Positions 47,847-57,236 of a DNA stretch of 64,000 nt are shown piece after piece (the first letter of the stretch is position 1; the number at the start of each line of letters is the position of its first letter). The notes beneath the pieces are model-generated. The model was not told where the DNA came from, did not search any database, and saw only the letters and a list, made by a program, of their open reading frames with translations. Both the position numbers and the translations under genes were made by a program. This DNA is from a virus. The stretch is taken from positions 1 through 64,000 of the IMG/VR virus record IMGVR_UViG_3300042371_000472; one strand, given 5' to 3'.

Positions 47847-50125
47847 TGGCCCGTATATCTTTTACACTAAAAAGTAATGTTGGTAGTGCGGCAAGCACTA
47901 CTGGTTCATTCCTTCAAGCCGCCTCAGTCAACTATGGGGCAGATAACCCATCAGCATTAAAGGCTGATGGTTATGTAACTACGCCAACAAGTGTCCCCGG
48001 CTCTTTGTCATTCCTATCAGCGTCACCAACTGATTACGATAAGGTTTACTTATCTTGGGGTATTACGACGGCGTTGGCTACAGAAGTAGTTTCAACACCT
48101 GCTATTACAACTTTAGAATTGCGCTACTCCTTAATTGGTCCACCGCAAACTCTTGCTGAGGGCATAGAGTTTGCACAACCTATTACAGCAGATAACAGTT
48201 CCTCTTCATTTACACATGTTGATTTGCCTAGCGGAAAATGGATTTATTACACGCTGTTTGCTAAGTACGAATCAACTGATACCAGATCATGGTATGAACG
48301 AGTTGTCTCAACTGAGGTACTTGTACCTCAGGATTATGGTTACTCTAATAATCTATTCCGACGCATACCTTTACATTACCGAATCCAAGATGAGCAAATT
48401 GGCTTAACTAATTTACTAATTCCCAAAAATGATCCTAATTATGACAAGATAGCAAGTCTACCTGAGTCTCTTAAAATAGCAGGACCACTACAACGGATGC
48501 TTGATGTATTTGGTTGGGAAATCAATGTCATCAAAACAATCATTGATTATGTGATGAAACAAAAAGACCCATTTGTTGCTAACAGTGAGATGATTGAAAA
48601 ACTGGCTGTAGAGGTTGGACTTCCTTTGTCTGTCGTTGACTTAGGCACTGCAAAACTGCGTGAGTTAATCGCTAACTTTACATATCTAACGCAAAACGAA
48701 GGATTGCTGACTGGTGTAGAGGAGTACATTACGGCTATTACTGGGTGCCATACCGAGATTAATAATGCCCAGCCTGACCTATTAACTAGTACTCATCATG
48801 CTATGACCTCGGCGTCAGTTACCACATCTGCATCAGTTGCACCAGCAACCAACCAATGGCTTTTGGAAAGTTCAGCGCACACAATGACAGCCGCTAGTGC
48901 CTACACATATTCCGATATGTTCACAACACCAAAGGCTTTGGCGATTACTCACTCAAGTGGAGCCAGTGTTCAAATGGCTTGCTTGAAAGCAAAAGTACAA
49001 AATGTAAGCCAAGCAAGTCGTTTATACATGGACTTTGGCGCTACATACAACGGTTCAGGAGCAAGTGTTATTGGGTGTTGGCTGGGTGCATCAGTACTAC
49101 CAGCGGCGTCAGTTTCTTACGCACCAGTTACTGGCGCTTCCACATCTCTTATTAACTTTATTACAACTACTACTAATAGTAGTACTAGCGTCTTTGAATG
49201 GCCCGTAGACTTTGGTGTATGTGGTGATGGGTCGTTAAGCACAACAGATATGTACTTGCATATTTGGATTGCCTCCCAATCCTCTAACACAGGGTCTTTA
49301 TATCTTATTCCTAATAGAGTAACAACTTTAAATAGGTATCCGTATTACATAGATGTTTATTCGCGCAGGCTAAACCTCGTGCGCGATCCACAATTTACGA
49401 TTACTCCAAGTACGGCACTACAGGCAACCAGCGCTTCTGCTTATTGGCGAGTCGCAACTACCTCGGGGTCAGTGTCATCCGTTATTGCGAACAAGGTGTT
49501 TACTGCAACACCGAGTACCTCAGCCTCAGTAACGCTATCTACAGATGTAAATAATGGTGGCACTATGCAATACACACCAATTAGCACTGACACTGATTAC
49601 TTTTTGTCCATTGATGACTACAATGACAATATTGTTCAGGTAAGTGTAAAGAACTTAGATGGCTCAATTACCATAGCCTCAGCCACGACACCATACATAC
49701 AAGACACTATTTCAGGTATAGCAAAACGCAAGTACTGGAAATTGGAGTTTGTTGACAATTACCCGTGGTACCCGCGTAACTCATACTTATACCATCTAGA
49801 GATTACTGCCACGGCTACTGCGACAAGTCCATTAAAGGTAAGTCGCCCATTGTTTGAACCATCAGCACCTAATGCATACTTTGATGGTAACAGTGATAAT
49901 GGTGGTTGGCTTGGTGGCTCAGAAACGCCTGGTGCGGCTGATTACCGCTGGGGACAGAGTACGGCTCACACAAAGTTCTCGTACTACACCGCTGACTACC
50001 GACGAGTAGTTGAGGCAACTAAGAGAATGATTGAATACATGGTTCCTGTAACTGAAACAACCTATGCTCTTGCTAACCTGAGATTCAACCGAATCCCGGG
50101 TTACACAGGAGCAACAGTATTGTGA
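47846..50125 (+). CDS. Baseplate wedge / tail protein (gpI-like region plus extensions)
   Basis: LFRRIPLHYR...LQRMLDVFG; YFDG; follows baseplate J. Confidence 0.65.
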   Translation: MARISFTLKSNVGSAASTTGSFLQAASVNYGADNPSALKADGYVTTPTSVPGSLSFLSASPTDYDKVYLSWGITTALATEVVSTPAITTLELRYSLIGPPQTLAEGIEFAQPITADNSSSSFTHVDLPSGKWIYYTLFAKYESTDTRSWYERVVSTEVLVPQDYGYSNNLFRRIPLHYRIQDEQIGLTNLLIPKNDPNYDKIASLPESLKIAGPLQRMLDVFGWEINVIKTIIDYVMKQKDPFVANSEMIEKLAVEVGLPLSVVDLGTAKLRELIANFTYLTQNEGLLTGVEEYITAITGCHTEINNAQPDLLTSTHHAMTSASVTTSASVAPATNQWLLESSAHTMTAASAYTYSDMFTTPKALAITHSSGASVQMACLKAKVQNVSQASRLYMDFGATYNGSGASVIGCWLGASVLPAASVSYAPVTGASTSLINFITTTTNSSTSVFEWPVDFGVCGDGSLSTTDMYLHIWIASQSSNTGSLYLIPNRVTTLNRYPYYIDVYSRRLNLVRDPQFTITPSTALQATSASAYWRVATTSGSVSSVIANKVFTATPSTSASVTLSTDVNNGGTMQYTPISTDTDYFLSIDDYNDNIVQVSVKNLDGSITIASATTPYIQDTISGIAKRKYWKLEFVDNYPWYPRNSYLYHLEITATATATSPLKVSRPLFEPSAPNAYFDGNSDNGGWLGGSETPGAADYRWGQSTAHTKFSYYTADYRRVVEATKRMIEYMVPVTETTYALANLRFNRIPGYTGATVL

Positions 50126-50376
50126 CATTACTAATAGGCGGCTTAGCCGTTTATAAAATTATTCATATCATTACAAGTGCCTTGCCAAAGAAATTGAATG
50201 GCTGGGTCATTGTTTTGTCTGGGGCAATTCTGGGGATCATTATTTCTGTCTTCATATCTTCAGAGAATGTTGTGTTTAGTGGGTTGGCTATGGCTACAAT
50301 TGCCAGTGCCACTCACTCGGTGTTGCGATTGATCACTCTCGTAGGTGACTCATCAATACGCCAGTCCTTCCAATAG
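50122..50376 (+). CDS. Membrane protein
   Basis: Multiple hydrophobic segments. Confidence 0.65.
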   Translation: MTLLIGGLAVYKIIHIITSALPKKLNGWVIVLSGAILGIIISVFISSENVVFSGLAMATIASATHSVLRLITLVGDSSIRQSFQ

Positions 50377-50385
50377 GAGAACAAC

Positions 50386-51213
50386 ATGCCCACCAAGAAA
50401 GTTATTGGTGTTATCGGAAAAGGTAACGCCAGCCTCAACATCATTGAAGACTCATTGTCCGAACTGGTCAATGACAGTATCTTTGTCTTGCCGTGGTACG
50501 GCGGTAAGCCTGACGAAAGTCTTGACCGCGTCTACACCGCAATCATTGACTTCGGTCATGAGTACATCATGGTCGGTAACCGTATTCCGCGCTCAGTCTT
50601 AAAAGATGCCAAGGATTGGGAAGATACTGAGGATGCAAACTCCGCAGTACTCAATTATGTACAACGATTAGCGGGTGAGAAGTCATTGCTCGTTTTGTGG
50701 GATGACGCTCCTGAAACTGAAGACACATTGCTGAAGGCTCATGCCAGCGGTATCCGTTTGCTTGACCTCACAAATGCACTTGCGCCAATTGATGTCGTTG
50801 ATGTGCGGGAAGTTGAAGAAATCACTGAAGTGCCCGCAGTTAAAACGGACCGAGAAGAAGCACTTGAGAAAGTCCTTAATGGAATTAAGGAGAAACAAAT
50901 TGCTGAGGAATCTAAACCCGAGGCATTTACTGAAGAAGAATTGCGTATGCAACCAATTGCATCACTGCGCCGTCAGGCTAAATTGCTTGGTATTGAAATT
51001 GAGAAAACTACGACCAAGGAACAACTCATTGGCATCCTGCTGAATGGCCTTGATGACATTGGGTTGGTTGAACCTGAGATCGTTAATGAAGCGACCGCTA
51101 CCTCGGTAACTCTCCACCGCGCCGATGGCTCATCAGTTACCTACATGTTTGCCAGTGACAAGATTGAGCATGTGGAAAGTTTGCTGAGCGCAATACAACT
51201 CTTGGCAATGTAG
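50386..51213 (+). CDS. Hypothetical protein (Rossmann-like N-terminus, helix-extension-helix motif)
   Basis: VIGVIGKG; LRRQAKLLGI...TKEQLI. Confidence 0.65.
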   Translation: MPTKKVIGVIGKGNASLNIIEDSLSELVNDSIFVLPWYGGKPDESLDRVYTAIIDFGHEYIMVGNRIPRSVLKDAKDWEDTEDANSAVLNYVQRLAGEKSLLVLWDDAPETEDTLLKAHASGIRLLDLTNALAPIDVVDVREVEEITEVPAVKTDREEALEKVLNGIKEKQIAEESKPEAFTEEELRMQPIASLRRQAKLLGIEIEKTTTKEQLIGILLNGLDDIGLVEPEIVNEATATSVTLHRADGSSVTYMFASDKIEHVESLLSAIQLLAM

Positions 51214-51245
51214 TCACATTCATTTCAAAATGTAGCCACAATAAG

Positions 51246-51272
51246 AAACACCCCCTTTTGGGGGGTGTTTTT
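51246..51272. terminator. Bidirectional intrinsic terminator
   Basis: AAACACCCCC-TTTTG-GGGGGTGTTT-TT between convergent genes. Confidence 0.85.
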
Positions 51273-51277
51273 GTTAT

Positions 51278-51391
51278 TCACTTCTTTTTAGCAGGAGACT
51301 TTTTGGCTGGTGCTTTCTTTGCTTTTGCTGGACCTTTTCCATATCCAGGGTCCTTCTTATCTTTGAGACCACATCCACATGCTGTACACAT
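51278..51391 (-). CDS. 37-aa Cys/Lys-rich mini-protein (not in ORF track)
   Basis: MCTACGCGLKDKKDPGYGKGPAKAKKAPAKKSPAKKK; GGAGG RBS. Confidence 0.7.
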   Translation of the reverse strand: MCTACGCGLKDKKDPGYGKGPAKAKKAPAKKSPAKKK

Positions 51392-51392
51392 A

Positions 51393-51560
51393 TTACTTTC
51401 CTCCCTTCTTAGACGCTTTCATATTGTCAATAAGGTTAGGGTAAGGACGACCTGCGGCTTTAGCAGAGGCTTTTGCCTTAGCCTTTTGTTCAGGGGTTAG
51501 TTTTTTATCTGACTTAGTTGGGTCTTTAGTTTCCCAAACTTTCTTTTTCTTCTCAGCCAT
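51393..51560 (-). CDS. 55-aa basic protein (not in ORF track)
   Basis: MAEKKKVWETKDPTKSDKKLTPEQKAKAKASAKAAGRPYPNLIDNMKASKKGGK. Confidence 0.75.
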   Translation of the reverse strand: MAEKKKKVWETKDPTKSDKKLTPEQKAKAKASAKAAGRPYPNLIDNMKASKKGGK

Positions 51561-51562
51561 GA

Positions 51563-51826
51563 TTACTTCTTTCCTCGGTTACGGGCGCGATTCTTAGATG
51601 GGTCTTCCTTAACTAATTTGCCATCTTTGGTATGGGACAGATCATCTCCACCCTTACCCATGATTCCACGCTTACGACGCTCTTCTGAGAGTTCGCGGCG
51701 CTTCTCTTTCTGTTCGGGCTTAGCGTTAAATTTCTTATCTGTTTCAGCCTTCTTCTCCCGAGCCTCAGGATGATCTCGGTAATACTTTGCTGTTCTCTTT
51801 GGGTTTTCTGTTTTACGGGGAGCCAT
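51563..51826 (-). CDS. Basic protein with degenerate HNH-like tail
   Basis: GGDDLSH...SKNRARN; start MAPRK coupled to upstream stop. Confidence 0.7.
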   Translation of the reverse strand: MAPRKTENPKRTAKYYRDHPEAREKKAETDKKFNAKPEQKEKRRELSEERRKRGIMGKGGDDLSHTKDGKLVKEDPSKNRARNRGKK

Positions 51827-52116
51827 TACCATTTCACCTTGTCGGCCCAATAAGCCGCGCTCATCTTACCCCTAGCAATATTCTTACCGTGGCGAGCCTT
51901 AAACGATGCGCGCTTATCCTTCATGCGCTCAGACTCTCCTTCTTTGGGTTTTCCTGCTGTCTCAGCGCCCTGTTCACCAAACCTAATCAACTTGACGGTC
52001 TCTCCTTGTTTTGCAAGGACCGCATGTGATTTGGTGGGATGATCAGGTGTCGCCTTCGGCTTGTTATAACCCGAGAAGGTTTCTCCACTGCGTGTGTATT
52101 TATTCTTTTCAACCAT
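51826..52116 (-). CDS. Conserved basic phage protein
   Basis: KLIRFG...FKARH...SAAYWADKVKW. Confidence 0.8.
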   Translation of the reverse strand: MVEKNKYTRSGETFSGYNKPKATPDHPTKSHAVLAKQGETVKLIRFGEQGAETAGKPKEGESERMKDKRASFKARHGKNIARGKMSAAYWADKVKW

Positions 52117-52126
52117 GATGGTTACC

Positions 52127-52570
52127 TCACTTAACCGATGCTCGTAGTTGCCATGACCATTTCATTTGACTGTCAACCCTCTCGGATAAGAAGTTTGCAA
52201 TACCCTGCTGGTCGGCTTTGTTTGCTTCTTTGAATGAGGCATTTAACTGAGCGATCAGTGCCTCGTTAGCCTTCAACAATGCCGTTGACATTGCCTTAGG
52301 ATTCGGACTTACTTCTTTGAATTCAAGTGTCCGAAGATCAATAAACTTCTGAAGATTGAACGGCGCATAATCATCCAGTTTGCGGATGTTCTCAGCGACT
52401 GGGTCAATCATCGTGTAGGCATCTTCATAGATGTCTGAGAAGAGAGCGTGGTACTGACTAAAGTCAGCACCCTCAACATTCCAGTGGAATCCGTGCGCCA
52501 TGAAGTAAAAGGTGACGATGTCGGATAGCAGAGTTTTGAGGGATTTGGTAAGGGCTGGGGCTGTCGCCAT
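52127..52570 (-). CDS. dps: Dps ferritin-like DNA-protection protein
   Basis: HGFHWNVEG-x2-F-x3-H-x-LF...D-x2-AE-x-IR...W-x-L. Confidence 0.92.
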   Translation of the reverse strand: MATAPALTKSLKTLLSDIVTFYFMAHGFHWNVEGADFSQYHALFSDIYEDAYTMIDPVAENIRKLDDYAPFNLQKFIDLRTLEFKEVSPNPKAMSTALLKANEALIAQLNASFKEANKADQQGIANFLSERVDSQMKWSWQLRASVK

Positions 52571-52584
52571 GTGTGGACTCCTTG

Positions 52585-52692
52585 TATGGAATGGGGCGCT
52601 TATAGCATAACTCTACACTATAGCGCCCCATCCATAACCACCACGCCGGTGATAGGGCAGACCGGCGATCCCGAGGAGAACCACCAACTCGG
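52585..52692 (-). other. Three consecutive hairpins upstream of dps (structured leader candidate)
   Basis: Stems 52585-52636, 52644-52667, 52671-52692; minus-strand TATGAT at 52705-52700. Confidence 0.5.
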
Positions 52693-52779
52693 TGTCTAAA
52701 TCATACAGAAAGAAATCAGTGTACGCAACACTTGTTTGGCGTTTCTTGTGTATGCTTTCCGACACCACAAGGAGCCACC

Positions 52780-54030
52780 ATGTCTAGAAAATTCAACGGA
52801 CCATTTGCGGCGGTCCCAATATGGGCGATTGACTTGATCACTAAAAAGGGCACCCCAACACACTCGCACATCCTCATGTGCATCATAAGGTTGACCCCAT
52901 TTGAGGGTGCACCGATCATGACTACTGACGACATTTCCAACCTCTCAGGGGTGTCACCGTCTACAGTTAAGCGTTCAATTAAATGGTTAGAATTGCACAA
53001 AGTTGTGACATCAACTGTGCTTTCAGCCAACCGCGGGAAGAGCATTGTCGTCAATTACCGCAGACCCAAAGGGGGGTTCACCAGTGACCTAGCACTGCGT
53101 AAAGGTGGGGTCACCAGTGACCTACCTACCCCCAAAGGGGGGGTCACCCATGACCTACCAGGGGGGTCACCCATGACACCCCCCCGAGGCTCTGAGCAGG
53201 GGGAACGCGTCTCTATAGATAGTACTCTAGAAATAGTACATAGGAAAATGTCTAACGACATTTTCCTATGTGGGCTTCGCCCGAAAAAACAACAAGGAGA
53301 ATCCATGCCTACCTTTGGCGCTGACCCTGATGACGACCGACCGTGGGATGAAAACATCCTGCTTAAGAAGAATGCAAATGAAGTAACAGAAGTTTTAAAC
53401 CATTTCAACCTAACCGCTAGAAAGGTTGGGGGAACCCCGACGACAGTCGCTGACACACCAGCGTTTCGCTCACAGGTCAAGCGTCTGATTAAGGCTGGGG
53501 TCAAGCCCCAAGAGTTGCAGAAGATGACCGATGAGTTCTTCACCCTGTCTCGGAATGTGGAGTCCCCCACCCCATGGAGAACTTTCTGTTCCCGCGAGGT
53601 CCAAGAATCCATGATGTCCAAAATGGCTGGGGTCTCACAGAAATCCCCAATGCTCGGTTGGGTCTCCGACGACTTTGAACATGGGGCTGACCTCCCGTGG
53701 GATGAAGCCATGAACGAAAAAATGAAGAGAGTCATTTGGAGGCGCGGGATGGATGTTGCCTACAGGTACCCCGAATTGCTGGTGGGTATCGCTGAAGTAA
53801 CCTTTGAGGACATCTCAGTTTTTGATACTATGATCCAGTCGGCATCGTTCCTGATCACAAATTGCACGACAATGCTTGACAACGATCTCGCTCCTGTGCG
53901 TAGTATCTTGACAGACGCAGGAATTGCCATCCCTGAAGATATTCTTGCCCGTAAGAACTTGCGTGAGTTAGCACCATCTCTCAAGCAAGCCGTAGTTAAT
54001 TACCAACTCACAAGGAGAACCACAACATGA
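52780..54030 (+). CDS. Replication initiator with N-terminal winged HTH
   Basis: ISNLSGVSPSTVKRSIKWL; internal iterons; precedes DnaC-like gene; AAGGAG supports start 52780. Confidence 0.75.
   Translation: MSRKFNGPFAAVPIWAIDLITKKGTPTHSHILMCIIRLTPFEGAPIMTTDDISNLSGVSPSTVKRSIKWLELHKVVTSTVLSANRGKSIVVNYRRPKGGFTSDLALRKGGVTSDLPTPKGGVTHDLPGGSPMTPPRGSEQGERVSIDSTLEIVHRKMSNDIFLCGLRPKKQQGESMPTFGADPDDDRPWDENILLKKNANEVTEVLNHFNLTARKVGGTPTTVADTPAFRSQVKRLIKAGVKPQELQKMTDEFFTLSRNVESPTPWRTFCSREVQESMMSKMAGVSQKSPMLGWVSDDFEHGADLPWDEAMNEKMKRVIWRRGMDVAYRYPELLVGIAEVTFEDISVFDTMIQSASFLITNCTTMLDNDLAPVRSILTDAGIAIPEDILARKNLRELAPSLKQAVVNYQLTRRTTT
53065..53243 (+). repeat. Four iteron-like repeats plus AT-rich tract; probable replication origin
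   Basis: GGGG(G/T)TCACC(AG/CA)TGAC with TCACC at 53078, 53111, 53144, 53167. Confidence 0.75.
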
Positions 54031-54620
54031 TCTCAGCACCGCCGACCGACTGGAAATCTGCACGATGGTGGCAGAACCGACCGCTAGAGGAACGCCTTGA
54101 GTGGGCAAATTTCCCACCACGATGGAAGGGTGCTGAATACGATTCGTCGCTGGTATCAGACAAGACTTACCACGCCATTGCCAAGTTCATCAATGGTGAG
54201 TCCACTGGCTTGTTTCTGCATGGGCCAAGCGGTTCAGGAAAGACACCCATTGCTGTCGCCATCCTGAAAGACATCCTCAGAACTAAGCCCATGTCAGGTC
54301 GGTTTATCACTGCCGAGCGTTATGTGGACATGCTCAAAGACCAGTTTGATCATGACAACGAACTTCCCGAGATGTACTCCATGCCACACATCGTCAAGTA
54401 CCTCAAGGGTGTTTTTGACATCGTTGTGCTTGATGCAGTTGGAGAAGAACGATCAACTGAATTCTCACAACATGAGGTCGGCAGTTTGTTACGCCGACGC
54501 AATGAAGACCTTCGTAAAACAATTATCACAACAAACCTGTCACCAACTGAATTCATTCGGCGGTACGGAGAGCGTGTTGCGACAGTTCTTGAGGACATGA
54601 CGATCAGCACGGTGTCCTGA
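54027..54620 (+). CDS. DnaC/IstB-like AAA+ helicase loader
   Basis: GPSGSGKT, VVLDAVGEE, TIITTNL. Confidence 0.88.
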   Translation: MISAPPTDWKSARWWQNRPLEERLEWANFPPRWKGAEYDSSLVSDKTYHAIAKFINGESTGLFLHGPSGSGKTPIAVAILKDILRTKPMSGRFITAERYVDMLKDQFDHDNELPEMYSMPHIVKYLKGVFDIVVLDAVGEERSTEFSQHEVGSLLRRRNEDLRKTIITTNLSPTEFIRRYGERVATVLEDMTISTVS

Positions 54621-55054
54621 TGCAGGGCAATGATCTAGCCCCATACGCACCGATACAGCAAGCAGTTTTGTTTGAGGGAGTCTTAGCAAGTTATCCAAAA
54701 GGTACAAAGTCAGTCCGCAATTGGTTTGCATCAAAAGCCAAAGACATGCCGACTTTGGTTAACACCATGAAACCAAATGAACTACCGCTGAAGTCACTCA
54801 ATGACTCAATCAACCGACGCGGTATCGGTACATTGGTTTACACATTCATGCCAGTTGAGGCAGTGCCCGAAATTGAACACTGGTTAATACGCAAGGGAGT
54901 TTCTACTTCGGTAGAGGCTTACCCTGATGTTGAAACATTGGCAGAAGACCTACGCTTCAACAGAAGTATTCATGTTATTTATGTTGCCACCCAAGAACAG
55001 CAAGCAATCATTGGGATACGCGCTACAGTGCTTGGTTCCGAAAGAGCGTGGTAA
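54620..55054 (+). CDS. Hypothetical protein (possibly degenerate HAD-like)
   Basis: VLFEGVL; coupled to neighbours. Confidence 0.6.
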   Translation: MQGNDLAPYAPIQQAVLFEGVLASYPKGTKSVRNWFASKAKDMPTLVNTMKPNELPLKSLNDSINRRGIGTLVYTFMPVEAVPEIEHWLIRKGVSTSVEAYPDVETLAEDLRFNRSIHVIYVATQEQQAIIGIRATVLGSERAW

Positions 55055-55056
55055 TC

Positions 55057-56310
55057 ATGTCGTCACCCGAACATCTTCTAGTTTCAAAGATCATCCAAAC
55101 TGCTGACATTGCGACGCCGTTAAAATCCGGGGTTAAGGAAGAACATTTCTCAGACACATGGCAAGGTGTGTGGCACTGGCTTACAGGTTTTTACCGCGAG
55201 CACAATGCCGTACCGACAGCGCGTGTATTCAAGTCACAGTACGCCGACATCCAGTTGTACGATGCCGAGGCTGAAACATTCTCACGACTCATTGAGGAAA
55301 TCTTTCAGGCACATACCCAGCACCGTTTGATTGAGGTCATTTCAACAACAATGCCGTTGTTGAATGTTGGTCGTACCAAAGATGCCCTAGACACACTGAC
55401 GGTCGGTATCCAAACAGCCGCAGTTGAAGTGTCCCGTATGCGGGACATTGACATCATTCAAAACTGGGAAACGCGCGTTATGCGCTACGAAGAAATGCGT
55501 AGCACACCAAACTCCCTACGCGGTATCCCGACAGGATTCTTTGGCTTAGACAGGATTACCTCAGGTCTCAGACCGCAACAGTTTGTTGTGTTCGTAGGTG
55601 AGCCTAAGCGTGGTAAGTCTTTGTTTGCTCTTATCATTGCAAACTCCTGCCACATCCACGGAAAGATTCCTATGTTCGTTTCTTTTGAAATGAGCATTGA
55701 GGAACAAGAAGCGCGTTACGACGCCATCATCTCTAAGACCCCGTTCAACAAGATTCTGCGTGGTGAACTAGACAACAAAGAAATGGAACGCATTCGTCGC
55801 GCCCTCATGCAACGCAAGAACATGCAACCGTTTATTTTCAGCGAGGACACCTCATCACTTACGACCATCTCAGCCCTGACAGGCAAGGTCAAGGAGTACG
55901 CACCCGATCTGCTAATCGTTGACGGCGTGTACCTCATGGATGACGAGGAAGGTGAAGCCAAGGGAAGCCCTCAGGCACTTACCAACATCACCCGTGGTCT
56001 AAAGCGCATGTCTCAAAAACTTGACATTCCTGTTGTAGCAACGACGCAGGCTCTTGGTTGGAAACTTGGCAACAAGAAGACGCGAGCAATTACTACCGAC
56101 GCAATTGGTTACTCATCCTCGTTCGTGCAAGACGCAGACCTAGTGCTCGGCGTTGAGCGCAACCCCGACTTAGACGACCAAGCAATCATCCGAGTAGTCG
56201 CGGCTCGTTCAGCACCGACAGGTGAAGTACACATTAAGTGGGACTGGGAAAACATGGACTTCTCGGAGGTGACTGCGGATGGCTACGGTGTCGGAGACGC
56301 ATTTGACTGA
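55057..56310 (+). CDS. dnaB: DnaB-like replicative helicase
   Basis: GIPTGF-x2-LD, GEPKRGKS, SFEMS, IVDGVYLM, QDAD. Confidence 0.93.
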   Translation: MSSPEHLLVSKIIQTADIATPLKSGVKEEHFSDTWQGVWHWLTGFYREHNAVPTARVFKSQYADIQLYDAEAETFSRLIEEIFQAHTQHRLIEVISTTMPLLNVGRTKDALDTLTVGIQTAAVEVSRMRDIDIIQNWETRVMRYEEMRSTPNSLRGIPTGFFGLDRITSGLRPQQFVVFVGEPKRGKSLFALIIANSCHIHGKIPMFVSFEMSIEEQEARYDAIISKTPFNKILRGELDNKEMERIRRALMQRKNMQPFIFSEDTSSLTTISALTGKVKEYAPDLLIVDGVYLMDDEEGEAKGSPQALTNITRGLKRMSQKLDIPVVATTQALGWKLGNKKTRAITTDAIGYSSSFVQDADLVLGVERNPDLDDQAIIRVVAARSAPTGEVHIKWDWENMDFSEVTADGYGVGDAFD

Positions 56311-57196
56311 TCTTGGGAATGTTCTCAAGACACTCGGCGTAGATATTCGCCGTGCCGAAGGTAGGGAAATCTCAGGGCGTTGCCCAGTCCATAAGCGCGT
56401 GACGGGTCGTGAAGACGGTTCCCCATCGTGGAGCATGAGCGCCGAGACTGGTTTGTGGATTTGTTTCTCGTGCGGTGCCCGTGGGACATTGAGCATGCTG
56501 GTCTCAGAATTAACTGGCGAACCAGACGCAATTATGGCTGTCCATCACTTTTTGATTGATCGCAACTTAGAAAGACTTACTTCTGAGGTAGAAGTAGTTA
56601 AAAAGAAACCCGAAGTTGATTGGATTTCATTTTCAAAGTTTGGTTCCGCACCGGATTCAGAACTTAGGAAACGAGCGATTGACCCTGATCAAGCCCGAAT
56701 GTATGGTATCCGTTGGGATACAGAACGAGCCGCTTGGGTTATTCCCATCGTCAATCAGTTCGGTGATCTCCAAGGATGGCAGACCAAGGCTCGTGATTGG
56801 GTACGCAACTTCCCAGTAGGTGTAAAGAAGTCTGAGAGCCTCTTTGGGATTGAACGCTTCAAGGGGGGCACAGCAATCTTGGTGGAATCCCCACTAGATG
56901 TTGTGCGCTTTGCCAGTGTCTTTGACAAGCCACAGGCATTAGCCACTTTCGGAGCGGCTGTTAGCACCAAACAAATCGCACTACTAGCCTCAGTTGCTGA
57001 CAAAGTCATCATTGCAATGGATAATGACGACGCTGGAAAACAATCTTCTAAAAAGTTCTTTAAATCACTGCCTTACTTCCGCAAAGGTGTATGGTGGTGG
57101 GATTATTCAGGTACTACTGCCAAAGACATTGGCGACATGACCAACGACGAAATAGAACTTGGACTACTAAATTCTTCACAGATGCCGAATTGGTAA
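56279..57196 (+). CDS. dnaG: DNA primase (CHC2 Zn finger + TOPRIM)
   Basis: CPVH...CFSC; LVESPLD; MDNDDAG; KDIGD. Confidence 0.9.
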   Translation: MATVSETHLTDLGNVLKTLGVDIRRAEGREISGRCPVHKRVTGREDGSPSWSMSAETGLWICFSCGARGTLSMLVSELTGEPDAIMAVHHFLIDRNLERLTSEVEVVKKKPEVDWISFSKFGSAPDSELRKRAIDPDQARMYGIRWDTERAAWVIPIVNQFGDLQGWQTKARDWVRNFPVGVKKSESLFGIERFKGGTAILVESPLDVVRFASVFDKPQALATFGAAVSTKQIALLASVADKVIIAMDNDDAGKQSSKKFFKSLPYFRKGVWWWDYSGTTAKDIGDMTNDEIELGLLNSSQMPNW

Positions 57197-57236
57197 TCTG
57201 TGCTGTTATATTGACAAACCAACCAAGGAGGACCAA

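Noticed and set aside
53065-53180. CRISPR mini-array
   Set aside because: Spacers too short, repeats lie in-frame within a gene, no cas operon; the Cas4-like ORF is a typical solo phage nuclease
53055-53735. 226-aa antisense ORF and the many other shadow ORFs in the track
   Set aside because: Overlap well-supported genes and are explained by codon bias; no motifs
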